Below the pieces are notes generated by a model. The model worked only from the letters and a program-made list of their open reading frames with translations, had not been told where the DNA came from and did no database searches. DNA of 63,946 nucleotides, the filler included, from Sluysia triapertura (lineage: Eukaryota): assembly GCA_046118255.1 (NCBI GenBank). It is 5 parts of 5 records of this genome, joined end to end, with 100 filler letters (N's around TTAATTAATTAA, not from the genome) between each part and the next. Parts side by side here need not be neighbours in the genome. Positions count along the whole stretch, not along the records: positions 1 to 11,338 come from JBJNIA010185868.1; positions 11,439 to 24,281 come from JBJNIA010078489.1; 3 more parts are not named here. One strand, 5' to 3'. Of the stretch, positions 1-12,956 are shown piece after piece. How positions within the stretch are numbered: the first letter of the stretch is position 1; every line of letters starts with the position of its first letter. The position numbers and the translations under genes were made by a program.

Positions 1-2329
1 TGGATATAGGACTACATATGTCAATATCATAAAATTTTCTAGTATTTGTTTGCTTTTTCATTTTATTGGTTACTAATTTCCGTTTTTTATTTCGATTAAA
101 TGTTGCAATTTCATACTGAGATGTCATTGCAAAAAAGTCATTATCCAGAGAATTTGTTGGAGAACAACGGCCCTTTTCCATTGGTGCATTAAGTAAATTG
201 TTTTCTGAATCTTCAATGATAATTTTTTCTCAGAACAGCTTTGTCACTGTCATCCGTTTTTTTGTTTTTATTATATTTGATTGGTAACCTAGATTTTTTG
301 ACGATTTATCCACTTTTCTTTCGTTGGACGCTTTTTTGATAATTGTTGATTTCACGTCTTTTTTCTGCGATTGCATTTTGAAATCGTTGATTTTCTGCAT
401 TCCTTCTCTCATTAAACGAACTTTTGAAATTTTTTTCATGTTCATTTTGCATCGTTTCTGTTTTATTTGTTGGTTTTTGATTCTGTAAATAAAGAATCAT
501 TTTTCTAGAAGATTGCATGCTTGTATCAGTTTAGTATCCATAGTACTTGATATTAGAGATTAATCTTGAAAATTTAAATATGATTTATTTCTGTCACACA
601 AATTTTCTGTAATGTATGACTTTTGTTAAATTTTCACTTTGAATAAATGTGTCTTTTTGGCTAACACTTTAATGTCATCTTCATTACAATCATACAAATC
701 AACAGATGATTTTTGTATAGACACGTTTTAATTCATCTAGCATTTCATGAAATATTTAAGAAAGCTTTTCCTTTAACTTTTCTTTTACATCGTGAGATAA
801 TTTTTAGAATCCATACTTTGACATCTGAAGCATCGTCAACTTCACCTGATCTGTTCATCTTCTAATTTGAAGTGCTGATGATGTATTAATGATGTATTAA
901 TGATATTATCATATGTAATACTACATCGATCAACATTGGCCAATCAAGATCATCTAAAACTAAGTCTATAGAATTTTTAAATGGCTTCAGTAGCAAAGGC
1001 ACAACAATGGTCATCAATAAAATACTGAAAGTACCTATCATGAAAAATAATTCCGTTCCGAATGCAGCCATTGCTATATTAAATTTATAATGTTGCCACA
1101 AAATTAAATGCAAATTCTGATATAATACTGTAAATTACTATCACTATTATTGAACATTCGAAACTTTCATTAATAACTGATACTACATTTGTTAAGATTA
1201 GAAAAATGAAAACAAACACTAAAGAAATTCTACATATTAAATGTTTTGAACCATTTAAAGTTGGCTTTGTTAACTTTCGATTTTCACCTTTACATTTCGA
1301 ATCTCCCGAAGATACAGGTGATGTATTGATAACACAATTTAAGCTTTTGGAAATTCTGTTAGAAACATATGGATACAGTGGTGGTAACTCATCGAAAAAT
1401 CTGCTACCTAAACGATTTGACGTAACTGTAACAAGTGAACGACTACAAGATTGTATTATTGAATTTACTGTAGATGAAGATCATATAAGTAGTAATAAAA
1501 CTATAAGAACAAGGACAATAATAGTGATAAAAGAAAAAGTGCATAAGAATAAACATACATATACACGTGCAAACATATGTACATATACACACAAACAAGA
1601 GAGTGAAAAAATAATGTAATGTGACAATAAAATTATAATGACAACTGATGTTAAAATTATAATAGGATTATTATGTAGTTTAATGTGATAATGTTGATAA
1701 CAACATGAAATTATTAGGAGAATTATTATTGTGATAGAAATTATGATAACAATAAACATTACCAATGATAATTATACATCATGACTGTTTATTTTTTGAA
1801 TGAATCGAGTAATTTATTTAGTGTTTTGCTTATGTAAGAAACGTTCATTTGTGATGATATGCGTTTGTGATTTTGTTGCGAAAATGTGGAATCCACATCA
1901 ACTATTGAAGTTATTTCTAAAAAATTTTTATCTACTAGTTTCGCTTCACAATGTCTTGAATTATAATAATCTGAATCTAATACCTTTTTTAATCTTTTCA
2001 GTGTTGTTACTAATTTTAATAAAGAGTTGCTATAGGAATAATCGTATATAAATTGTTGGTTTCGCAAAACGGGTACTGTGGAAGTAACATGAGAAAAATC
2101 GTGCCAAATTTCTGCTTAAGTGAATTAAAGATGGCTTACGAATTTGCAGTTGAAGATTTTATATTAAGCACAGGCGTTTACGCGTTAACACGTTTATTTA
2201 TATCATCAATTTCAACATTAAACGGCAATGTTCAAATGAATAAAATTAACAAAATAACGACCACTTGGTAATAAAATGTAATCATTTAACCATAAATGTC
2301 ACCATAAGGCTGCTCGTAATGTCCTTTAG

Positions 2330-4341
2330 AAATAAACGCTTGACGCTGTTGTCTGCTTGACAGATTGGCAATTATTGATCTATGCCTGTTGTCGTATCGA
2401 AAGACTGAAACCAGCTTTACACTGCGTTCCACGCTCTGTGAATGGCTACAGGCAAGTTAGCAATGTCTGCTTTGAAGTGGGTGCTTCGTCGCAAGTGAAG
2501 TAAGATCATCCCAGTTAATGGGTGGAATTTTCTTCTGTGACTCTTGATGACCAGTTTTCCTGTTCGTCAGAATTAGATCAAGTGCAATGTTCCTAACACC
2601 ATCACTCTTCACCATAGCGTACAAACGTTTTCTGGTAGAAGACAATAGACACTGCCATGGATGCCGTGCTTGATAGCGCCTTTGACGCTTTCGTGTGGAA
2701 GATTCAGCCACATAATGGCATCAAACAGCAGTGATGGTGACTCATGCAGTTTCGATGAAATTTTGATATCAAATTAAGCTGGAGCATAAACACAAACAAT
2801 GTAAAGCACAAATTTCTTAAGATTGCTTGTGGGCTTGTTGACTCTGGCATAATTCGGTGGACCAATTTTCCTATTTGATTATCAAATATTCCACATCCTA
2901 TATCTTTGCAGTATTCATAAAGTAGTCGTTGGTCACTGCTGAGGTCCTTCAGAGAATCACAGAACAAATCCATCAATTAGAGGATTCTCCACTTTATCAA
3001 ATGACACTTGATTACTGCGAATGTCATTTATCATCTTTCACTCAAGATCCTGTAAAAGTTGTTTGACCTGTCGCTTCATCATCCAGTTTCTTGAACAGTG
3101 CTCTTAGTGGCAATTCATTCTGGTACAAGGAGCATCCAACAGTGTTAAGACTTCTTCCCAACTTTATTTCCAAATTAACAATTGAACCATTCTTTGCACC
3201 CATGTTTGCAACAGTATTGTTAACAAGAACGGCTAGGATACTATCTTCCTTCCTACACTCCTGAAATACACCGAGTGTCAGCTTTGCCAGAACTTCACCA
3301 GTGGCACCAGTAGTTTGAATAACCTTGTGAGTCAAATACTCACCAGATGATAGACCATCTTCGATGGTAAAAGTTAGATGAAACTCTCGAGTCACACATT
3401 TCTTAAGAATGACCTCCTGATCAGGTGTAGCTATACGTCAAAGTATTATAATCTACTTTCTCATTTATTCTGACACAAATCAGTTTGGTCTTCTCAAGTT
3501 ATGCAATTCCTTCAACGATTACTTTAACCTTTTAGATGTCTAACTTGCATTTGTCCATCAGGTCTCAGTAAATGCCTGGTGTCGTGCAACAAAGTATTCC
3601 CAAGAACTACACTAATGTTAGATGAACACTCACCTCTTACAAGCCTCGTCGTATATCTTGGAAACTTTACCAGGCTATAGGGGTCAACTGGCAACTTATC
3701 TGGCTGCCATTTATCACATCCATCATCTGATGATAAAGTATGTTTGACTCTTAATTCTTCTGGTTGTTGTTGTTGCCAGCCCCGCTCTAAGTAAGTTTCA
3801 TTGTCGGATGATTTGTTTTACGTCTTCAGCTGCTGCAACTTAGCATCTCGGCGGGTTGATCAATTAATGACATCTGAAATGTACCTTGGGCACTTGTAGA
3901 ACAGATGCAAAGAATGTGCTCTTGACAGCAGTTTTGCTTCTTACACTTAACTCTGGAATCACTGCATGAAACAGTCTCCAGTGAACAACAAGCTGATAGA
4001 ACAAACATTTTGTCCAATTTTGCATCCACATATCTTTTCTGACTTGCTTTACCATGATTTCTTTTACAAGGAAGAACAAGTCTTTGAGTTCTTCATAATA
4101 GATTTATCAATAATGAAGGGCAGCTTGAAATTCACTGAACCTCAGATGGATTTGAACTCTGTGGCTGTTTGATTCACATAGACCATAACGTCCGCTCTAG
4201 GGTGGGTGTTAATTAGGTAGCAAAAGTACCGAATCAGCTACCTCTATGTAGATAGATTCATTAGCTGAATTCACAAATACCACCTCCGAAATTATCTTCG
4301 CTAGCCTGACTCGTCAGTCGACGTTTCCTTGCTTTAGGCAT
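2330..4341 (-). mobile_element. Decayed DDE DNA-transposon transposase, Sola2-like
   Basis: Frameshifted minus-strand ORF pieces from ATG at 4341 (MPKARKRR). Motifs: Cys-rich N-region (CSDSRVKCKKQNCCQEHILCIC), 'NTVANMGAKNGSIVNLEIKLGRSLNTVGCSLYQNELPLRALFKKLDD..TGQTTFTG' (D-G-T-x-x-N-T-G...C-x-L-H-x-N-E-L-P-L-R type), 'DLSSDQRLLYEYC' and C-terminal 'SHSQSVERSVKLV'. GC is above background. Superfamily is from recalled motifs; termini not found. Confidence 0.7.
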
Positions 4342-4436
4342 TTTAATCAATTCTATAAAGTATCTACAATTACCAAAAAAATTTGGAGTGTAAACAATGC
4401 AATGTACTTAGATTATTGAACAAAATTATTACCAAC

Positions 4437-4455
4437 GTGTGTGTGTGTGTGTGTG
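4437..4455. repeat. (GT)n microsatellite
   Basis: Direct observation. Confidence 0.9.
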
Positions 4456-5459
4456 TATTTCATGTAATAATAAATTTTTAAATTTTAAATAATTTTAATC
4501 TTTAAACATTTAAATAATTAAAATCTTTATTAAATTAAATTATTAAATAAATTAAATTGAAATTATTATTATTATTTATTGTTATTATTATTATTTAAAA
4601 AACATCATTATAAAAAACGAAATTATTATAGTTATTATTATTTGAAAACATTATTTAAAAATATTTGTTTATTTGCTTATAGCGATAAATACTATAATGA
4701 TAAATACTATTAATGCGTTGAAATTTTGTTTGCTCTCTCATAAGTAAAATATTTAGTTACTTATATTGTTTTGTATTGTTTAAAGCGTTGAAATTTTGAT
4801 GAAAAGTTATTGAATCGAAATTTATTATTGGGAAATTAATCGACTATGTGGAAGTTTTATTCGATTGTTAATATACTGATATAAATCGATTGAGAAAATA
4901 AAATAAATTGATTTGAAAAACGTTAGTTTTTATGCATTTAGGACAATTTTAAAAGAACATTAACTATATTTAAAATTAAAGAAACATTTTTGTAATTTTT
5001 TTAATTACGACATAAATTTCTTTTGTAAGTTAATTACCGTATATGTTAATTACAATTAATATTTTTTAATAAACCTTCATTATAAAATTCTTATTATAAT
5101 ATTGTTATAATACGTGTAACGAGCAAATATTTATCTTGCAGAAATCTTATTAAAGAAATAATTAACGTTAATATATTCGTGTATATTATTAATATTTTGT
5201 GTATCGAATTTGATTTCATTAATTTAATATATTCGTGTGTGACTATATTTTCAGTGAATTCTATAATATAAGATATTTTTCAAAACAAAAAATTGCATTA
5301 CAGCTGTTATTGTAAGAAACTATAATACATTAAGAAATCTTTTGCTAATAATAGGGAGACTATATTATTATTCACCTCCAACTTTCAATTTATTCTTACG
5401 ACGCTGCCATCTATGCGCTGACCCTTAATAAATTAAAACAAGCAATTAAAAAACTAATG

Positions 5460-5830
5460 GATTGTAAAAATCATTAATGAAAATATTATTCTAAATGGAA
5501 TATTAATGTAAAAATATTAAGTGATTAATTTTTAAAACATTGTATTAATTATTCTAAATGAAATATTAGTGTAAAAATATTAATCGATTATTTTAAAAAG
5601 GCAAAATATTAAGAGAGTTAATAATTAATGGAAATTATTTTAGAAATAATGTATTCCTCTAATGGATTATTAAAAGCAAAAATATTAATGTAAAAATATT
5701 AATTGATTATTTTGCAATAACTCTAATGGATTATTAAAAGCAAAAATATGTAAATTGATTATTAATAGAGTTAAGAAATTAATGGAAATTATTTTAGAAA
5801 TATTAATGGAAATTATTTTAATGCATTTAT
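5460..5830. repeat. Degenerate AT-rich minisatellite
   Basis: Recurrent units such as 'tctaaatggaatattaatgtaaaaatattaa' and 'ctctaatggattattaaaagcaaaaatat'. Confidence 0.7.
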
Positions 5831-8604
5831 TTTTAATGGTTTAATAATGTTTGTTCTGATTGGATTGAAACGGAAATAAATACAGTAGAATTTTTATTAA
5901 TAAAATAATAATCTTTCGTTCGTACAACAGCAATTAAAACTTATTTTGTTCCTGTGTAATAATTGTGTATATTTGTCTACACAAAATATTATTTACGTAA
6001 TCAAAGCAATATATCAAGTAGTAAGTTTAATTAATATGTTTGAAAACTTTTAATTTTACATAGGAGTTATAATATTTAACTTAAAATCAAATTCTTTCGC
6101 GTTGGCTATTAAAGTCAATCATAAAATCTAATTAAAATATTATTTAGTTTCGATTGGGCTGTCAGACTCGATCAAGTTTAAATTAAGTATAAATTTGTTA
6201 AATTATTTTACCATTTTTATTAGTGTTCTTTAGTAACGTATTTCGCAACATTTGTTGTACATTACTATAGTTTTGACCTAAATATAACTGTTAAGGTATA
6301 TTATACAAATTCTTTATGTTGGGAATCGAGACGAGAGATACAGTAAATGCAGCACGAAAGAGAAAAGCTGTTGGAATAAATTAACATATAATGATATTAA
6401 ATGATTTTTTATTTTATAATGATTTTTATTTTATTTTAACAATTGGATATTTTATTTCATTAAACATTTGAATATTTTTAGTTATTTATTTATATATTTT
6501 GTTTTGTTTTATTTTATTTATTTTTATTTATTTATTTTATTTTAATATTATTTATTTTAATATTATTATTCATTAAAAATCATTACTATTATATCATAAT
6601 ACAAAACAAATAACAATTTTAAATTATTATTTTAATAAATTAAAAAATATACAAATCAAATCGTTCAAAACATAAACAAGGAAGTAAGAATTGTATATAA
6701 AGCCACATTTTAGAATTAAGGAAACACAATGCAGGATTAGAATTTCAGAAGTGAAGCAAAATTTTCCAAAAGCAAAAAATTTTTCCATGCATAGGTAACT
6801 TTTTATTACATAAGTTTTAACTATTCTAACCCTAAAAATGTAAAATATTAAAATACACTTAAACTTTATCATATTATCCTATACCGTAAACGGATAGGTT
6901 AAAATCACTTTAAAATTATAATTGCTTTGTATCTAAACAGTAAGTTTAAGATACTAAATTGATTATCGTTATTATTAGTATAAAACTAAGTTGTATCTGA
7001 TCGATTTATTTGTGAATAAACTTTAAGGTATCTATTGTTTTTTAAATCAATTTTATAAAATATAGTTCGTGTAAATCAGACCGTAACAGGCTGGTTTAAC
7101 CTCCAAGCTAGAGCGTAATTACTAAACAAAAAAGGAAAGAATAATCTCACGCTTATAATACTTTTAATCTCAACCTATAAGGAAATTAACTGTCTCATTC
7201 GTAGGTAATCACTGCCTCTTTTGCCTTAAAGATTAATTAGACTGTCGTCAGGTAGTGACGTAAATCGTCTCTAATTAGCCGAGCTCTCCTTCAGAAGATA
7301 ATTTTTTTAAGTAGGTTCTTTTTAGGAAAAGACACTTGCATTTATAAACTGCATTCGCCGTTCTGAATTCACTTCTTACACTGCAAATATATATACACGA
7401 TACTCACTTTACTTGCAACTACGCCAATTATAAGTCTTATATTGCAAGCGAACTCTGTTGATTTTATTTTTGCTTACAAGTTAGTTTAAGATAACAGGTT
7501 AAATTGTGGAAATCCTTCAACACTGACACAACTAATCTAATGTATACGCCACGTTAAATATTGAAGAAAATCTTCCCATATCTTCATATTGTGATGCTTA
7601 TTATTGAAGTTAAATTTATTGCACACGTTTAAGTAGCACATAACTATTGTTGTGTGATTAGTCTCTTTTGTTGAGTTTATTTAAGATTAAGAGTGGATGT
7701 AAAAGAATCGCTTGAGGGATGCTTAATGAATTCACGAGATTATTATTCGTTTTGCGCCTAATAGCAAATTTAACTTTTTCTTTGCTCTCGATGTGCATAT
7801 TAATTCTTAATTAATTAATTAATTAATAATGCATATTAATTATTTACGCTTATAAATTTCGACTTATTTTCATTTGTTTAACTATTTAAAACATTAATAA
7901 TAAATTTTCAAATTACTTTTTTATTTTATTTTCGACTATCTTTTTAAAAAATTTAAAAACCGGCTTAAGATCTTTCAAAAGCAAATAGCTATAATTTAAT
8001 CGGTCAGTTAATTCGAAAAGATATAACAAATATAAATTCAAACTATAATTTAATTTCATAAAATTCGAAATTAAATTCTGTTGATGGTAAATAGTGATAA
8101 AAATCAAAATTCGTATGTTTTTATTGATTATTATTACTAATACTGAAACATAAAACAGATTGGCGACATTTTATAATGCGTAATGATACTTTAAAAAATT
8201 CAGTAATCAAATGTTCGTTTCGGGTATACTTAGACATATTCTGTGTGGATTGGTCACTACTTTACATTCTAGACTTAGTGATAACTTTTTCTTCTCTGTA
8301 TGTGTTTAAATTTAGTTTCATAAATACATAAACCGCTATTGATCTTCGAATTAAAAATTTCAAATAAACATGTTTACATTCAAATGGCATATGTTGTAGT
8401 TAAATTTATCTTTTATTGACTATAAACTCATGAGATTTATACTGTCTAACGTTTTCATAGAGAAATTTTGAGACCAATAATTACTACGTCATGAACAAAC
8501 AAAGCTAATTACTTAACCGTTTTAATAGAAATTCTTAATTTTTTGTCCTAAATCATAATTTTTATTAAAAAATTAATTTATTAATTATCAAATTTTTATT
8601 TTTA

Positions 8605-10083
8605 GCATTTATTAAGAGCTCCTGCAGCATAGATATGAACGACAATCAATTTATCAATTTGATAACGAAATGCCACTAAATACTTCAAATAATCTACTTT
8701 AATAACTGGATTTGAATTAATTGGTCCATTTAAAGTGATTTGAATCAACAAATTCTATAGTTAATGTAACTTCTACTTTTTCAGTTCCATCTTTCGATGC
8801 AATAGTTGTGATAAGAAATAAAGTTGAATCTTTTAGTTTCCTATTTTCTACGGAATTTTTTGCTTACCGAGTGAGCAAATGTTGAATATACTGGCTAAAA
8901 TTTGTAGCAACTATACTTGGAAATAACGACAAAGTGATTTCAGTAATTCTCAAGCTGATCTGAATCAAGACTGAACATTTGAACCATCAATATCCAAATG
9001 GATATATTCATCTGGTCATCTTTAAATGTCTTGATCAGAGTGGCGAAATTCTATGTTTGGAATGATTATGTTTTCACATAACTGAGGCAAAGGCACATTT
9101 TCACCAAACAATTTTTGATGATGACCTTTTTGAGCAACCAAGTACAAAAAATCTAGAGATTAACTAAATAAATTGTCGTATCTTGACTCTGAATTACAAT
9201 TAAAAATTATTTTTAAAACAATCGAAATAAACATAGGTAAATATTCGGTAAATTCTTCGCCATACTTATTTTGATATAAACAATTTTACATATTTCTGTT
9301 TTAATTCCTTCTATAATACCTGGCATGTCACGACTAGAACCAACCAAAATATCATTTGATTAATTTAATAACTCATGAAATTTATTCATTCAGATTTTCA
9401 TATTGTCCTCAAAAAATTCTGGTAAATCTTGATGGTTAATAGGACGGAAAATTTCACAAATTAAATAAACAGAATTGGAATGAATGTCTAAAGCATTTTT
9501 GTCATTGTGATTTTCTAGAAATAATTGTAACGTCTGATTAATTTAACTTTTTAAAGGTTTTAAACTTTAAACTTTTAAACAGGTTTTAATTTCATCAGAA
9601 CATGCTTCAGTGCGATATCTTTTTTAAGACTCACAAGTTTGAAAAATACCATTAATTGTCATAATATTACCTTCTTTAAGTTTTATAACAATTGTTGGTA
9701 ATAAAGAATTCCACCTTCCTGAAAAGCATAACGCCCAATCGAACTAATAGCTTCCGATAATTGTTTTTGTATATTCACCTCACTATTTATTAACACAACT
9801 TCGAATATTTGTGATTTCATACAATATTTCTCCATTTATTTCTCCATTTCATACAATATTTATTATGTAGGATACATCATCATTATGTCTGTACCTATTA
9901 ACTAAGTTTTTAAATGTAATTGATACAGCTATTTTGTCGTTAATGTCAGAAGTCTTGGTAATAATTGCAGTATTGTAGCATACTGTTCTTGTCTTTCCAT
10001 AGCTTCAAACTTTTCCTCAGCGGCACGATTTTCAACTGGACTAAGAGTTAATTCCAATATTTGTGACAATGAATAACATCCAT
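8605..10083 (-). pseudogene. CSE1L: Exportin-2 (CSE1L/CAS) N-terminal half, intronless, frameshifted, 3'-truncated
   Basis: Collinear motifs from ATG 10083: LTLSPVENRAAEEKFE, IAVSITFKN, IQKQLSEAISSIGR, INGIFQT..KRYRTE, QDLPEFFEDNM, KYGEEF, CENIIIPNIEFR, EYIHLDIDGS, KDSTLFLIT, PVIKVDYLKY, VVHIYAAGAL. These follow the order of CSE1 family motifs. Many stops/indels; no introns seen. Confidence 0.9.
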
Positions 10084-10100
10084 TTTCTTTTTAAGTGGTT

Positions 10101-10253
10101 AACAGAAATAGTGCCATCAAACATTTCAATAGCTAATATATCATAATGAGCTTTACTCCAGCTTAAAACTGTAACACCTGATTCTAATTTAATTAATCTT
10201 AGAGGATAATCGATATTTTTAAGAGACCAACAAAAAATAATACATATGCACAT
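10101..10253 (-). pseudogene. Axonemal dynein intermediate chain (DNAI4/WDR78 or DNAI1-like) WD40 fragment
   Basis: IFCWSLKNIDYPLRLIKLESGVTVLSWSKAHYDILAIEMFDGTISV matches the CWSxKNPxxPERx..SGVTxxDFS..PxLLAVGxxDGTxxxY repeat. Preceded by branch point/acceptor 'ttttctaactgttgtttag'. Confidence 0.75.
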
Positions 10254-11267
10254 CTAAACAACAGTTAGAAAACATAAAATTACTAATTTCAGAAATAAAA
10301 TACGACAATAATTTTAATAATATTAAATAACCATGATAAATTTTGATAGTAAGATTGTGCTTGATTGTTAAATTGTATAAGATTATAAAAATTGTGTTTG
10401 AGTTTTGATTTGACATTTTGTGTTAAATTGTGTTGAAGCTTGTTCAAGATTTTATGTGTTGTGTTGTGTGGAGGTTTGTTATTATTGTGTTTACGATAAG
10501 AGTCCTTTTATCTGTAGCTCACAGTTTAGAACAAATAAATAATATGTTATGATTAATTCTTGCGAAAGTACAGTCATAACAGAAGCTATAAAACTGAATA
10601 GACCACGTTTTAATTGTAGCTTATCGCTATAATGACAATTAAAAATTAGATTATTTATGTTCTTTGAATTAAGGTGTTTATTAACTTTTAAACTAATTGA
10701 ATGGTTTAGTATGATTGCATTTAGAACTGAATATGACTTATGCGCATTCTTTTTACTTAAATTGTTACTAATGATTTAATGTCGGGTCGGATTTATTCCA
10801 CCTAAGTACCGAATTTAACAATTTTATTTTACTTGGCGGGCTTAATGTTATTCATTAATTTTAATGATTATTTCTTATTAGTTTTACGAATATTATAACA
10901 TTTATATAAAATACAAAGATTAGGTTCACACAAACAATTATTAATGAATCAAGATTATTATTTAGGAAAAATAATATCTCTTCTGTAACCAGGTGACATG
11001 ATAATTGATTCGTTAGGTCAGATTGATTTGTATCGCTAATCATCTATTCAATGTCATTATCTTTCATAGATTTTATTGTGTGAAAAACTATTGGGAAATT
11101 CTCCATCCAAACTATTACATTTTAAACAATGTTTAACAGTTTTGTATGACTTTAATATATCACATGATTTAATAATTTCTTTGTTTTCATATAGTTTGAT
11201 ATCCATTTGATACTATGATCAACATCTGTCAATTCTTTAATCTATAACTTTAGTTTTTGGTCTAAAA

Positions 11268-11338
11268 CAGTGGTGTCAAACCTTTTTGCTTTACGGGCCG
11301 CATGATTTGCCTCCGCGGGCCGCCACTTTGACACCACT
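11268..11338. mobile_element. hAT (Buster-type) mini-element or collapsed MITE
   Basis: TIRs CAGTGGTGTCAAA...TTTGACACCACT(G, lost in gap), internal gggccgc motifs, left flank gtcTAaaa fits an NNNTANNN 8-bp target. Confidence 0.75.
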
Positions 11339-11438
11339 NNNNNNNNNNNNNNNNNNNNNNNNNNNNNNNNNNNNNNNNNNNNTTAATTAATTAANNNNNN
11401 NNNNNNNNNNNNNNNNNNNNNNNNNNNNNNNNNNNNNN
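11339..11438. other. Assembly linker gap (44N-TTAATTAATTAA-44N)
   Basis: Identical 100-nt structure four times in the window. Confidence 0.97.
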
Positions 11439-11785
11439 ACGATCCCTCGTAACTTTTTCATATATTATCTAATCTTATACTCTAATTGTAGGTATCATTC
11501 TTCGAGGTATTCCTAAATACATTTTTATGGCTTCAGTCTTAAGATTGACTGCAAGCAAAGCATAAAGTATGAATGCAATAATGAAAGATGAATGTTGATT
11601 TTAAATTCTTTAATGTCATTATTGTATTTGGAGATTTTAAGATTAATTAAACTGATTTTAGTAATTTTATTCGGTATTTTAGTTGGCTTTCAGTTCTTAT
11701 TGATTTAATTATTTAATTTATTTAATTTAGTGCTTATACTTTCCTTAATAATAGGTATAACAAAATAATATGATCGTGTGATGAA

Positions 11786-12043
11786 TCAGTCATTTGCTTT
11801 TATTGTTTCATTAGCATTAAGTATCCAAGCGTATATAATTGAAAAGTTTGACTCAGGGTAATAATTTAACATGGTAGTTTGTTTCGGTGGAATTAATTCT
11901 AGAACTGTTTCCTTATCGGTCCCGTATCTTATTATAATTGAGTTTTTTGATAATGGATTAGTTACTTTAATTGGATCGATTTCAGTGATTATGGAACAGT
12001 CCATCCATTGTTTGATGAATTTATCATAGAATACATAAGGCAT
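11786..12043 (-). pseudogene. Continuation of the decayed compact ORF array, unknown product
   Basis: 85-aa ORF on the same strand directly downstream of 12204-12956, with stops in between. Confidence 0.35.
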
Positions 12044-12203
12044 TGTTTAAATCCAATAATATTGTGTATGTATTACTCGATTGTTATTTTTACTTGATAT
12101 AATTGAGATTCAAATAAATCTTCGCATTTTATGATCCAATATTTTGTAGTCTTATGTTGTGGAAGTAGTACATAACTTATTTAAGCAACAACTAAGAGAT
12201 AAA

Positions 12204-12956
12204 CTAACTAATTTGCTTATCCACAACTATTATTACGTCAGTCTTAGCTTGAATAGTTATTTGTATATTATTGTAAAACATTTTCCTACTTAACCTATTT
12301 ATGTTTAACTCAGATGAATCAATATTAGTTATTAAACAAATACATAAAAACACTGATGACATTTGTAATTCATTGTAATCCGTATTGTATTCATATATTG
12401 GTGATGTCATTATTGGCGGTAATGGTAGTCCTGGAGGAGGAGCATAAAATCTATTATTTCTTGGAATCGAATAATGATTATCATTATCGTCATTGGAATC
12501 AGAATTAGTATATTTGCATTTATTTATAATGAACATCATAATCATTAGTAAAGTTATTATTAATGCAATAATAAGTAGTGTTGCAGCAATTACCAAAATA
12601 ATTATTGACAGATCCTTTTTCAGTGTATCTATAATTGTAGTTGGCTTTTGAATTCCTTGTATAATAATTTTATCCCGATGTTGAATAAATATTATTATAT
12701 ATCTGTCTTCAGAAAGTAAATAATCTTTGCACATCGTTGCTGGATATTCTATATTAAGTAAAACAGGTTTGTGTAATTCCCATATACTAAAATTAAGTAT
12801 CGCCGGATTGATACATATGTAATGTGCTTTAATGTTCTTAGTTACCTTAATTTGTACTTTTGTATTAAAGTTATAAAAATCCAAGTATTTCGATTTGTAG
12901 ATTCTCTGTGACACATTCGTAATTGATATTAATGTTAGTAAGGTAAGTAACATCAT
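12204..12956 (-). CDS. Intronless type-I membrane-protein-like ORF of unknown family, probably viral/TE accessory and partly decayed
   Basis: 250-aa ORF: hydrophobic N-terminus (MMLLTLLTLISIT), ~95-aa ectodomain, long TM (LSIIILVIAATLLIIALIITLLMIMMFII), tail with Tyr/Pro motifs (HYSIP, YAPPPGLPLPP, IYEY), then a second signal-like segment (MSSVFLCICLIT). Confidence 0.45.
   Translation of the reverse strand: MMLLTLLTLISITNVSQRIYKSKYLDFYNFNTKVQIKVTKNIKAHYICINPAILNFSIWELHKPVLLNIEYPATMCKDYLLSEDRYIIIFIQHRDKIIIQGIQKPTTIIDTLKKDLSIIILVIAATLLIIALIITLLMIMMFIINKCKYTNSDSNDDNDNHYSIPRNNRFYAPPPGLPLPPIMTSPIYEYNTDYNELQMSSVFLCICLITNIDSSELNINRLSRKMFYNNIQITIQAKTDVIIVVDKQIS

Noticed and set aside
2053-2271. PI3K/PI4K-like 'AYEFAVEDFILS' similarity
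   Set aside because: The following GxGDRH catalytic motif is absent; too weak to call.
8161-8175. tRNA primer-binding site (TGGCGAC)
   Set aside because: No adjacent CA-ending LTR or extended tRNA complementarity identifiable.
11383-11394. TTAATTAATTAA inside N-runs (four times) as a biological motif
   Set aside because: Identical 44N-12-44N layout with stops in all six frames: an artificial contig linker. Adjacency across the gaps is therefore uncertain.
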